Of a DNA stretch of 64,000 nucleotides, positions 12,236-25,600 are shown piece by piece. This DNA is from Takakia lepidozioides. Lineage: Eukaryota > Plantae > Bryophyta. The notes under the pieces are model-generated. The model was given only the letters and a program-made list of their open reading frames with translations. It searched no databases and had not been told where the DNA came from. The translations under genes were made by a program, and so were the position numbers. Each line of letters opens with the position of its first letter. Position 1 is the stretch's first letter. The stretch is from positions 82,584,001-82,648,000 of the forward strand of contig CM060731.1 of NCBI GenBank assembly GCA_030704615.1. The letters are read 5' to 3'.

Positions 12236-14371
12236 ATGTCTAGCTCCAAGGTGTGCAGAATTAAAAAACGAGCAGGCAGTATTCAAAAACAGCCTAGATC
12301 TACCAGCATCACTACCCAAAGTAGGAAATCTCGTGAACTCCCACCCTCCACCCTCAAATCAACCTCAAAGCAACAGCAAATGGCGGACGACGAGGAGATG
12401 GAACGGACTCCCATGGGAGCGACGGACGCCAGCGACATGCACTCCTCTGACGTGCTCTTCTTTGCTGCCGAAGAGGCCTATCAGACCCGGTCTACACAAA
12501 GCCCACCAAAGATCGTCACTCCAAATGCGCCAGCCAACGTAACCCACCCACCCCCGCAGCATTCCAACACTCCCAAGCAGATGCGAACCGCTCTTCCCAC
12601 CACTCTCTCATCCCCTGTCGATCTGCTGACACTCAATCCACGGGCAAAACGACCTTCAGACGCCCTCAACAGCGAGGCAGACAGTAGCCGCTACGACCCA
12701 AAAACATCAAGGGGCCCTCATGTGCAAGATCAACTACAATGCATGGACATCTCCAGCTCGCCCTCCCTCCCTCCACTATGGCTGGGATATGAAGCGCTCG
12801 AGCAGCAGGCCATCGACTCACAACTCCCCATCATCGCCGAGGAACAATCTGGCTTTGAACTCCAAAGCCTGGGACTCAGCCACACCGAAATTTACGAGCT
12901 TCAGAACTGCCCGAAGGCGTACCCACACGTTTCGCAGCTCTTGTTCCCAACAGTCAGGCCGGATGGACGAGAGGGCCAATTCTACCCTCTCACTCAACTA
13001 CCAAAAGGGACTGTCACTGATCCTAAAACAGGACTCTCGGAAGCCCCTCCGCACATACTGATCCGGTTTTACTTCGATATAGAAATGCCGAAGGAACAAG
13101 GTCTCTACAGGGCTCGCAAACGGTTTGAAACAATGAATATCCCCTTAGGTACCCGATTGTACTCCCCAGTCACCGCGCTCTGATCCAAGCATGGCAGTTC
13201 AAACTGGTGTGGTCTCCTCAAGGTGGAGCTCCTCCACCCCGAAACTGACGGACTGGCTCTTCTACGCGGAGACCGAGCCTTTGTCATCAACATGGCTTCG
13301 GGTATGCCAATGCAGGGGAAGGTCGAGAAAGCATTTGACCTCTCATCAACCACAGACTACCTCTCACTCTACATGGCGAGCGACTCCCTTCTAGGTACGA
13401 AGGGCAGCCACCTTACCATGCATTTAATTACGGAAACTTACCACCATGGAGACGAGTACGAAATATTATATGTGGCCAAGAACGGCCCTGATACAAAATT
13501 CTGCTTCATATACCTAGCTACTGAAGATACCAAAACACGTATGTTGGCGCATGGTGTGCGCTTCAACCACACACTGATCAAGCCCCAACTCCGAAATCGA
13601 CGGACCAACATGACAGGCCTTGCTGCAACACCACAGGAGATCACCGCCGAACGAGATGCCCTCACGTTGGTGGTGAAAAGCCTCAACCCGCTCCACTCGC
13701 AAACGGTGACCAAAGCAGCCCTCCGCAACCTGATGGGCAACGACAACATTGAGCGCATCATCTTCAACAAAATTTTCAAAACAGAGAAAATCCGACACAA
13801 TGGAATGGTCCTTGTTACCTACAAAAATCCCAGTATCTACACCCAATGGTGTAATCGACCACACGTCCTTGTAATTGACAGACATGTACAATTTGAACCA
13901 CACACACGCAGCCTGAATGGCTCCGAGCCACCTGCAGCAGAAATCTTGGAGCGGCTTAGGGTGGCCAACATAAATCAAGCCCTGGCAGACACTATCCACT
14001 CGATCTCTATCAAACCCGACACAAAACTACGCAATGGACATGAATCTATGATGATCGAGATTGATAGGAAGCTCGCCGCTCACGCCATATCTCTCAAGAC
14101 AGACATCAAGGAGGACCTTGCAGCCATGGAAGCAAGAGTAGCCATCACCATGACAGCCCAGCAGGAGTCTCATCATGCGTACCTGGTGGCACTTCAAGAC
14201 TCCATCACCAAAAACGTGGTAGCTAACCTGGCCAGCTTCTATGATCACGCAAACAAATACTTGGAGCAACTACCACTACCACTACCACCGGGCCTTCCCA
14301 GCCCGCTGCAGAAAACACTGCCCTCAATCAGGCAGCGAATGCTCAAGCCAACAAGACAACGGCCATCATGA
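12236..14371 (+). pseudogene. LINE ORF1 (RRM-like segments, coiled-coil C-terminus), one in-frame stop at 13181
   Basis: ORFs 12236-13183 and 13223-14371 are in the same frame; RNP-like TLVVKSL...HNGMVLVTY; position upstream of APE. Confidence 0.65.
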
Positions 14372-15257
14372 GCTGTCGCCGATTACTCCCCCCCGCTATG
14401 ATCCGATGGGCACAATCAAGGGCAAGGCTCCGGCCATGCTACTCGCTGCACCACCACAACACCCGCAGCAAGCGAATCACACACCCAGTACTTATCCTGC
14501 GACAGATGCATATCAAAGCTCAGACTGCCGGCCCCCGCACGACTATACCTCTCGTCCCTTACTGTTTTGCTTGCTGCGTAATCTCTTTACTTTACTTCTG
14601 GATACTATCCTCTCCCAATTTTGTACTCTCGCTACCTTCCAAGCAATGCAAAGACTATTCTTCTGCTATCACCTCACTCTCTACACATCTCACTACCAAT
14701 CTCACATTATCTCACCATGGCCGTGTCACCACTAACAACTATCGTGCCCACTACAGACCTCCCAAGTCACTCTCCTTCACGAACCTTCTGCCAAAACACA
14801 AACAAGCCTCCCGTACCCGACCTCTTCTAAAAAACTCGCCACGGGCCACGCAGGTCATCCCCAGCGTTGGACCGGTGTACTCTCGACACTCCCACACGAT
14901 CGTACCCCGACTGCTACGTCCAACCCGCCCCTCCACGTGTCTGCACCCTCCCCCTGCCACGAACCCCACCCAAATCAAATTCAATCTCCCCCCTACTTTA
15001 CCCCCCCACCCATAACCGATACCTCATCCGTGCACCCACCCTCTCATTCATCCACGACAATATCCCCCACGGATATCTTATCCATCCGGCTCCACTCCTC
15101 ACAACTTTCATCCCACCCTGCGCCCCCCTGCACACTCGTACCCCCGCAATTCTTTATCCAACCCAGCCACCTCCCCCCCCCTTATCACCACCCACTGCAT
15201 GCGCACCTGCCTCACCCACCGGGATTCACTACTACATACCAAACATACTTTAACTCC

Positions 15258-16011
15258 GGGTATTTGCAGGATTGGGTGTCTCAATTTTTACGTAACATGG
15301 CAATTTCTGCAGTGACCTCCCTCCATGATTTTACCCATATTTGTCCAACAACTCAATATTTCATCTAAATTTATGTGGTGTGGGGTTTTCTAACTACAAG
15401 AGATATGTGTACCAATTGTTAGATTGCAAAAACAATCATGTACCAGAGAGCCATGGACTTTTAAAATTGATTACTGTGGAGTGCAGATGTTACACATAAA
15501 ATCTTATGGTCCACTGAAAAAACATCATGTACACTCATACAATGGCATAAAGAAAAACACACTAGGGGTGCTATTTTTAAATCCAACCCAAATCCATTTT
15601 TATATGGACTAGTTATCTTAGGGATTGAGAGCTATGGACTATTTTGCATCTAAAAACAAGTTGGTTTGCTCTAGTCCATAGCATCTTATGTTTTGGGTTT
15701 TTGAGGTATCGTCTTTTACTAAAAAGACATACAAACCTATAATCTAGAGGTACCAGTTGGTATATGGACAAGTGGTTGTAAACTCTAGATTTTGACGTCT
15801 AAATGTTTTTTCACATTAATGATTAAAATATCTAGTAAAAAATATTATCAATATTTGAGGAGGGACTCTTTACTAAAAATGTTATGTTACTACTATCTAT
15901 TTTTTTAAGAATAAACTGATAGCAATAGACTCAAAAAAAATAAAAAAATCCATGAACTTCCAATGGACTCAACATGTGTCGCTTTTGATCCACCCAATCC
16001 TGCAACTGCCC
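15258..16011. mobile_element. 754-bp AT-rich MITE with ~21-bp TIRs and 4-bp TSD (CTCC)
   Basis: GGGTATTTGCAGGATTGGGTG vs reverse complement GGGCAGTTGCAGGATTGGGTG; CTCC at 15254-15257 and 16012-16015; sharp composition change. Confidence 0.85.
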
Positions 16012-16252
16012 CTCCTCAACCACAGACACAATACCCTTTCGTGCACCATCGCACCTCGCCGCCACCAGTTCCACGATTACAAGCTTTACTATCCATACAG
16101 ATTTACCCAACCCCGACACACCCCCTGTACATTCTCCTGACACTCCAAGGCTACCTCCTCACACACTGCCATCATGGTCGGTATCAACTACAACTCCTGG
16201 CATCCAAGCACTCCCTCCATCACCCCCCATTACACCACACCAAATTCTAACA

Positions 16253-16306
16253 TGCGCACTACTCATACTTATGAGATGTGGTGACATCCATCCAAACCCC
16301 GGCCCA
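16253..16306 (+). other. 2A-like (StopGo) peptide CALLILMRCGDIHPNPGP upstream of the APE domain
   Basis: Matches hydrophobic-run + GD(V/I)ExNPGP with E>H. Confidence 0.6.
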
Positions 16307-16599
16307 AATACCATCAACAATATTATTAATGACCTCCCTACCGACCCCCAAGATAGATATGCACTATACTTTCAACCCAACACTGTCTCACTCAAACCAG
16401 CCTATCAGCACTTATACAACCACTTTTTGCCCGCTATCACCTCATCCTCCATCCAATCCACAACTAAATACCCACTAGCCACATTTGGCCTCCCCGGTTA
16501 CCAACATCCACCCAGGCCGCAACCCCCCAATTCTCCCAACACACCACCATCCGATAAATGACCCTCCCCCCCCCCACCTGGACCGCACCCACCATGCTC

Positions 16600-17370
16600 A
16601 CTCCTTTTGTATCACCACCTGGAATGTGGGATCCCTAGCCACAAGCATTCAAAGTCTTATATATCTACTCTCCGAATCCATCTCTCCACACATCATCCTC
16701 CTACAAGAAACTAAGCTTAACATCAATACCCTCAATAGCTCTTATCTAAACAAACTTCTTCCGGCATACCATATGCTGTATGGAAACCCCCTAACAGCCG
16801 CGCAATGCCTCTCCCGACGGTCTGCCCCATACCACCCCTCTAGAGACGGCGTTGCACTAGGTATCCTCCGTACACACCATTCCTCCAGCACCACCACTAA
16901 AATAACTCTATCCCTCCTCCTACGCTCACACCTCCAAATCATACAACTAAACCTACCCGCCCTAACCCACATGCCGTCACATGTCGATGACCTCTCACTG
17001 ATCCCGGGCATCCTCCAAACAATTTCTAACACCATCACTCTACCATTAACGCTCCATCACAACTTCATACTAGCTGGCGACTTTAACAGAGACATAGCCT
17101 TACTAGGTCACACCTACAATGGCGTACATAAACCTCCATCCCCAACAGATCACACATGGGCAAAATTCATCCAGCAACACCAATTCCAATACATACCCGC
17201 TGACTATCACTATTCCAGACAAGGAGGGCTCAACTATTCCTCTCTAAGCCTACTAGACGGTTACTACCTCAAAGCCCACACCCTGATACCACCACAACTT
17301 CGTAGTCATATACACATCAATAGTATTTGCACCTCCGACCACTACCCAGTATTGATATCCTTCCTCACGT
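16600..17370 (+). pseudogene. LINE AP-endonuclease domain
   Basis: ITTWNV, IILLQET, LAGDFN, SLLD, SDHYPV motifs in order. Confidence 0.9.
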
Positions 17371-17765
17371 CCCTCATCCCCTTCCGACCCATCCCCTCCA
17401 CCTACACCCCACCCCCACAATCCCGGATATTATCCCCGCTTCCACAACGAAACATAGATGTCTTCCAATGCCTCTTCTACCCGGCGCTACACCCCTTATA
17501 TTTCAACTATCTAATATCCTCTCCCCTGATAATCTAACACCGTCCCCGGAAAACACATGGCTACAAGCAAAACTTACACTCATTAACATTATGAACAAAA
17601 TGACCACATGTGTTCTTACCTCATGTTAAACTCTCTCCCTTGGTCCGTGAGTACCTCAGCTGGTACCCGCTCCATACACAACGGCAGGTACTTAACACGT
17701 ACACAAACACAGAACTGGACATCACACCTCAACACCTATCACACAATCCAACGTGCTCTCGCCAT

Positions 17766-18616
17766 CACTACAACAGATCGCGGTATTTAAGACTGTATAT
17801 ATGATTATTCTCCAGTCATAAACGGTACATATGACTTCTATGACTGTAAGTCGTGCCAACCAAGTCAATACAATGAGTACAGGATGGTACGGTCTGGATG
17901 ACTACAGTCATATGAACCAAGTGATATCTCTCACTGCAGTCATATATACCATACTGCAGCCGCCGTTGCCGCGCCACGTGGCGAGGCGCAATTGATTTAA
18001 AAAATTAAATTAAATTAAATTAAAACTAAAAAAAATAAAAACATATGTCAAACGCCGCGTCGCACCGCATTGTGCCACGTGGCATAATGCATTTTATAAT
18101 AATGAAAAAACCACGTGGCAGTCCATCTAGGGTATCACGTATTATCCCTAGCTCGCCTACTAACCCTAAGGCCATCTTATCCATTTGATTGTACTTAGAG
18201 GAGTTTGAACCTGCAACCTCTTTACTATAAGAGTTATAGTTCACTACCTGTTAATCAATACACCCATTAGTCATTCATATAAACATTTGGTGTTTTAATT
18301 GTATTATACACACCAAATTACAAAATCCTCAGTAGTCATCATGACTATGTAACCTCATCCATGTACAATGTAGTCATGGAAATAACTATGAATGGTGAGC
18401 TAAATCTGGTCAATTGCCGTTGACCAGCCTTCCGCCCATTCCGGAGCCATGTAGTCATACAGACGACTATTTAGATAGTCGTTCATATGACTACAGTCGT
18501 ATGAATGACTGCGGAAGGTCAATTTCATATAAAAACATGGTGCAATCATGGTCAAAGTCATGAAAACCATGACTACCACGGTTTGGTAGTCATAACTACC
18601 GCGATCTGTTGTAGTG
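17766..18616. mobile_element. 851-bp non-autonomous CACTA element
   Basis: Perfect 20-bp TIR CACTACAACAGATCGCGGTA; 3-bp TSD CAT (17763-17765, 18617-18619); ATGACTA/TAGTCAT subterminal repeats. Confidence 0.97.
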
Positions 18617-18799
18617 CATCGTACCCCAAACTCTCACAACCCACCCTAACAACAACTGGAGATCTGACCCCCGCATTACTGTATCAACACCCTGACACCC
18701 TGCCATTCACTCCCACCCCCACCTACAGACCCTTTAGCTATACCAAAATGAAGCGCTACCCTATCCAAACTCGGCAGAGACGCAAAGAAAGCCGCATAT

Positions 18800-19630
18800 A
18801 ACATCACCAAGCAAAAAGCCACAGACAATCATAAGAAATTCGTCTCCTCCTTTAACCAACTACTACATGACCACCCCAAAAAAGCACATAAAGCCATTTT
18901 CAACCCCTCACTTAACCCCCCCATAGACTGCCTCCGACACCAACATGGCCACCTAATCACCGACCCCATAGCCATTAATAACGAAATATGGGCCCAAGCA
19001 TCCTCATCCTACATACCCACAATCTCAAACTGCTTACACCCAAACCTTCACCCCGCCACTTGCCTTTGCAAAATAAAACACTACCCTTGGCATGACATAG
19101 ACGGATTTGCACTAGATAAAATAGGCTCCGAAGCCGACCGCATCCTAGACTTCTTCACTATTAACACCTGCGAAACATGTCTCAAAGCCGTATCCAAATC
19201 CAAAGCCCCGGGCCTGGACTTCATACCCAACGCCATTCTCCAAGCACTTGACCCACACCTTCACCGCCTTCTCTTTACCTTCATCAGGTTATGCTATCAA
19301 CTAAAACGTATCCCAAATTCCTGGAAACATAGCCGGACCATACTTTTATTTAAGAAATGTGACCCCACCGACCTCAACAATTACAGGCCCATCGCCTTAG
19401 CCAATACCATATACAAGCTCTCCACCAGTACACTCACCACAATGCTCTCTACCTACGGGGAACAACATCGTATCCTCAGTTATCCACAAGAAGGCTTCCG
19501 AGCCACAAGAAGCACAACCAGACAAATCCAATATGTTCTCTCCGCATTAGAAGACGCTAAACTCACAAAACAGGACATATACCTCCTATACATAGACTTT
19601 AAGAATGCCTTTGGCTCCCTGGACCATGGA
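18800..19630 (+). pseudogene. LINE reverse transcriptase, 5' part
   Basis: KAPGLDFIPN, IPNSWK, NYRPIAL, QEGFR, IDFKNAFGSLDH. Confidence 0.9.
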
Positions 19631-22600
19631 TGTCGCACACCTCAGTTCGGTAAACTCCCCTTCAAGTCATAGTTACTCGCTTTGATGCGCGCGCCTGACT
19701 CCCAACCTGGCCGCCGGGCCAACTTGGAGTTTCGGCTGCTCACCGGGACATAACGGTCCCCTTCCGCTTCCCTCTAAACCCTCCACCTATTTGGGACTAG
19801 GAGAATTCCCTTTGGTAGATGGCAGTCCGGAACAACTCCCCACTCTTTGGTCGCTTTCCGGCTCGCTCGCTTACTCACTAGTTTTTGGTCACCAACGGGC
19901 TTGCACCGTTCTCGGGGTTACTACTCCCTATATATACTTCTGTAGCTGTCCGCGGGGGTTTCATAACCAGCCATGCCATTTTATGGCGAACCACCACGAA
20001 AACCCTCGACTCCCAGTGGTGAGTCGCGGTGAGTCTTGGCCCACTCACCGCGGCCCCAATGGACCGTGATGAGTCCCAAGACTCCCCACGACTCCCACCT
20101 CGAGGTCTCCACCCCATGGTGAGTCCTATGCCACCCCCACTAAGTCCCACTAAGCTACCACCACCCCTTGTGGAGCCACCTCCACCGCAACCCGGTGTGC
20201 GGGGCTCCACCTAGTGAGCGCCTCCGCCTCCTTGAGTGCCTTGGGCACTCAAGGGTGCTTCAGCCCCCCCATACCTATCGCTGCCGCTGCCCCCACCACA
20301 GGGGCAGCCCCTCATGTGTCCCGACCCCCTGCCCTCAAGGCAAAGGGCCGCGACACACACCCCTACCAACAGGGAGTCGATGTCCTCATCGACTTGTCCA
20401 TTTTGTAGAAACGAACATCCAAGTTGTGGCGTCCCACATCAAGGAGTTTGTTTCCGTACCATGGCGTCCCATGGCAAAGAACCAAACCCCACACTTGACT
20501 CCACTCTCCACTAGCTAGTTCGGCCGACTTCCTCCAAGTCCCGGCCAAGGGTGGAGCCTCTCCAGCTCCTCCCAGTGCACTCTTCTTGGCCTACTTCAAG
20601 GCCAAGGAACGATCCTCCCCGAGGATCGAATCGCCTTACTGCAACAACATTGCTTGCGATCGCTCATGATGCCGCTTTTGGCATCACCTTGAGAGGGTTC
20701 ACCTGGAACCCTCTTTGACTAGGAAGATAACCTTGAACCAACCGTGCGCCCCAATCACTACAATTGGGTCCGCCTTGGAATGCTGGCCTGAGGTACGGGA
20801 ACACGCCGAAGCCGCACTACGACTTCGTCCCGAGGCTACACGATTATAGTACGTGAACGGAAGCACGTAGCTTCCGCGTTAGCCCGCACTACAAGGCAAC
20901 CCCCTCGGTAGCGCAGTTATAGTATGCGCACGCGCCAGGTGCGCACTAGCACTTGAACTCCCAAATAAGGCGCAAGTTTCCTTGCCCCTTGGATGGGAGT
21001 CACCCGATTTCGGCACTGCGCAAACACACGATTAACCCAATTTACCTCTCCCACTTTTGTAAGCTAGCATGCATTCTACACACCAGCCAACCACACCATG
21101 CATCCCCATTCCAAACACAATAGGACGCACAATATTTGGAACCCATTTCCTTTATCAAATTTTTTTTTGTACAATACAAGTTTTTGCAATCGGATTCCTG
21201 AGCTAGCTAAACCGGGCTAAGCATGCATTTCCTCCCCCACGCTCCAAGGTTGATGTCCCCATCAACGCTTCTTCCGCTTTTGAGTCGCCCTTCGAACGCT
21301 GCAACTGCCTCGGATGCGTTTCCCATTTCTGAGGCACGCACCCAAGATGCCTCCACAAGATGATAACCCTTCCATTTGACGAGATACTCCGTTTCTCGGT
21401 TCTTGAACCTCCTTGACTTAAGTATTGCCTCCACCTCGTACTCGGGTTCATTTTCATGATCCAACAGCATAGGTGGCGGACGCAACACTTGCTGCCGATT
21501 CGGACGTGCTTCATCTTTGAAGTAAGGCTTCAAAAGGGAGACATGGAATACTGGGTGCACCTTGCTGTTTGCTGGCAGCTCCAATTCATACACATCCTCA
21601 TTCATAACCCTCCGAATGCGAAAGGGGCCCGCATACGGAGGTACGAACTTCGGACTCATTTCCGGAGGTAGTCGAAAATTCTTGATGTTCAACCAGACCT
21701 CTGTGCCTGCCTCAAACTTCACTTCCCTCCGCTTCCGATTCGCCTGCCTTTCATACCGTTTCCTAGCTTTGGCAATGTTGTACTTTGCGAGCTTCAACAA
21801 ACGCTCGCGTTCTTCCAGTACCGCCGCTACTGCCGGTTCCTCAACGTCCTGGGCGGCCCAACTTGTCGGCACCAGAGGTGCTTTTCCATAGACCAACACA
21901 AAAGGGGAAACTCCCGTCGCGGAGTGTTCTGTGTTATTATAACAGAACTCTGCCGCGTCTAAGTGTTCCATCCAGTCTGATTGGTCTGCCGACACGTAAT
22001 TCCGCAAGAATTGCTTCACTACGGAATTCACTCTTTCCGTTTGGCCGTCCGTCGTAGGTCGGAAGGCGGTGCTCATCTTCAGCCTCGTCCCCATCTTCTT
22101 CCAAAGTGCTCTCCAGAATTTACTCGTAAACTTTGGATCGCGGTCCGAGACAATATCCTTCGGGACTCCATGATGCTTTAAGACGTGGGCGAAGTAAAGT
22201 CGCCCTGTCTCCTGCGCAGTTGCCGTCTCCTTGGTGGGGATGAAATGGGCCATTTTACTGAACCTATCTACCACCACCATGATTGCATCGAATCCTTTTG
22301 ACAGCGGCATAGCAGTCATGAAATCCATCGAGACGCTTTCCCAAGTCCCCTCTGGAATCGGCAAGGGTTGTAACAGCCCCGCTTGCTTTTTATACTCGCT
22401 CCGGTTTTGTTGGCATGTGGTGCATGTCTTAACATACTCCTCTGCCTCCTCCCTCAGTTTGGGCCAGAAATACTCTTTCTTCAAGAGTGCCGCAGTGCGC
22501 TTGGCTCCACCGTGGCCCGCAAGCGGGCTATCATGGCATTCTCTCAAGAGACTATCCCTGATCCCTCCCTTTGGCACATAGAGACGTTTTTGCTTATACC

Positions 22601-25600
22601 GGAGCAGTCCGTTTTGCAAGTGGAACTGCGATTTAACCCCCATTCTCAAGTTCTGCATCACGCACTTTGCCAGCTCATCCTTCCGGCAAGCCTTCCGGAT
22701 CTTCCTTTGGAGCGCCGTCTCGCCCTTGTACACCAACAAGAGCTGCTGCTTTCTACTTAAAGCATCGGCCACCACATTGTCCCGTCCCGGTTTGTACTGG
22801 ATATCCACGTCGAACACTGCCAAAGTATCTTGCCACCTAAGTTGTTTTGGGGACAACTTGGGCTGCGTGGCAAAATACTTCACCGTGACATTGTCCGTGA
22901 ACACCTTCACTGGGTTGGAACCAACATAGTGGCGCCAGAGTTCAAGGCAATGTACCACCGCCTTCATCTCTTTTTCGTGCGTCGGCCACCGTCGCTCCAC
23001 TTCATTCAGTTTCTTACTTTCGTAAGCCACTGGACGTCCATCTTGCATAAGTACACCCCCAATTGCGAAGTCCGATGCATCTGTATGAATCTCAAACGGA
23101 CGATCGAACTCCGGGATTTTTAAGACTGGAGCTTCCGTCATCCGCTGCTTCAATTCAGCAAAAGCTTGGCCACAAAATGTGTTCCATACCCAGACTTTGG
23201 ATTTACACAGAAGGTCCGACAGCGGCCCCGCGATCTTGGCGAAATTTCTCACATACTTCCGGTAATAGGAGGCGAGTCCTAGGAAGGATCGCACTCCCGG
23301 GACCGAAGTCGGAGGCTCCCAGTCCAAGATCGCCCTCACCTTTCTGTCATCCATTTTGATCCCATCCTGTGTAATCACGTGCCCCAAGAACTCCACTTTT
23401 GTGACCCCGAATTCGCACTTTGAAGCTTTGGCATACAGCTTCCCTTCTCGCAATTTTTGGAACACCCTTTTGAGGTGCTCCAGGTGCTCCTCCTTTGTTT
23501 TCGAGTACACCAAGATGTCGTCGATGTACACGATCACAAAGTCATCCAACCACTCCTGGAAAAGGCTGTTCATCAGCGTGCTAAATGTCGCTGGTGCATT
23601 GGTGAGCCCAAAAGGCATCACCAAGAACTCATATGAACCATACCTTGTCCTGCACGCGGTCTTCTCCTCATCTCCTTCCGCCACCCGAATTTGGTGATAG
23701 CCGGAGCGCAAGTCGATCCGGCTGAAATACTTCGCTCCTGCCAACCGATCGAAGAGGTCGTCGATCCTTGGCAAAGGGTACCGGTTTTTGATAGTCACCT
23801 TATTCAGAGCCCTGTAATCGACACACATCCGCAGCGTCCCATCCTTCTTGTCTGCAAATAGCACCGGGGCTCCGTAAGGTGACTTACTCGGCCGGATGTA
23901 CCCCTTTGACATTAGATCTTTGAGCTGAGTCTTCAGCTCGACCAACTCTTTGTGGCTCAACCGGTAGGGCGCCTTGGCAGGCGGTTCCGATCCGGGTATC
24001 ACCTCAATTTTGTGGTCAACTCCTCTTCGCGGTGGCAAGCCGCTTGGTAAATCCTCCGGCATCACATCCTGGTATTTCTCCAAAATCCCCTTGATCCAAT
24101 CTGGGCTCGGCTCCCCATCGCCTTCTCCTTTCACTTCTCTAATGTAAAGCAAAAACTGGGACTCGTGTGTCTCCTCCACGGCCCACTCCTTTGCTGATAG
24201 AAGGTTTATTCGCCCTCCCACGGATTTGGGCGTTTCCGACACTCGTAAAACCTCGCCACCATTCCCACATGGCAGCGTGACTACTCTCTTGCGGCCATCT
24301 ATGACCGCTCCGGATTTGCTCAAAAAGGTCATTCCCAAAATGAGATCCACTCCATCGATCTCGCAGATAGTGAAGTTCTCACGTCCCTCCCAACTCCCCA
24401 GTTGAAGAGGAACATCAAACGCCAACCTTGTCGCCAACTGAGGTTCTCCTTTGGCAGAGCCCACCTCAATAGAGGCCCCCACGTCACTTGTCGGGAGTCC
24501 CAACTTTCGCGCCGCCGCCGGCGTCATGAAGGAGTGCGACGCTCCTGTGTCCACCAACAACGACACATTAGTTCCGGATATTATCCCATCCACGAACAAT
24601 AACTGACTCCCTTTTCGTAAGGCGCCAGTTTCCTGATACAACTCACAAGAAAATTTGCCTACCTTGCAAGTCCTGGCGACCACCGCTTCCACCAAGCGAC
24701 TGATGGTATCTTCCGACAGCTCCGTGGTCGCCCGAGTCATGTTCAATTGCCGGGGCTTCGTGCACTTCTTGGCCATGTGCCCGGGCTCCCCGCAATTGAA
24801 ACACACTCCATCAAAGGTCGCCTTCTGTCCGCCATAAGTCGCTCCACCCGCTTTTCCTTTCGAAGCACCGGGTGCCGCCTTGACGTGTGAAGGACCTCCC
24901 TTCGATTTCCACGTGCCATTTTCGCCGCGTGGCCTATCCCACTTCTTTTCCGGTCGGGAGGAGTCACCTTCCCGCCGGGTCTTCTTGTGGTTCAGCTCCG
25001 TACGGCCTTGTCTCTCACCCCTAGGGACATCCGAGAAACATTCAGCTCTCTCAATTGCCTCGTTCAAAGTCTTGGGTGGCTTCTCCTCCAACTTCCGCCT
25101 AGCCCATGGGGCCAGTCCCGCCACAAAGTTGAAGACCATTTCTGGTTCTGCCATGTCCGCGACTTCGAGCAACAGCACATTGAAAGCCTGGACATACCCC
25201 GAATGTCATCTGTTTGCTTCAAATTCCTCATCTTGTCCCGGGCAAGCCAGGATGCGTTGAGGGGCACAAACTGTCTCTTCATCAATTCCTTGAACTCACT
25301 CCAGTTCAAGGTTTCCGGGCTTGGGCCTCGGTCGTGAAGGCGTTTCTGCCACCATTGTTGAGCATAGCCCCTCAAATAGGTGGGAGCCACTTCCACCCGA
25401 TCCTCGTCACTCAACTTGGCCGCCCGGAAGTACTGCTCTAGCTCCAGGAGCCAGGTGTTGAGTGCCTTCCGGTTTCGAACGCCCTCGAAGGTGCCGGGTT
25501 CCTTAGGCTTCACCTTAAACTTTGCCTTGGTGGAAGTGGCATTAGCCGCCTTCAACACGTCTTTAACGTCCCGCCAAACTGCGCCAACAACCCTTCCCAA

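Noticed and set aside
19791-20548. Short ORFs recurring in every LTR copy
   Set aside because: Recurrence reflects LTR identity; frames break between copies 1, 2 and 3
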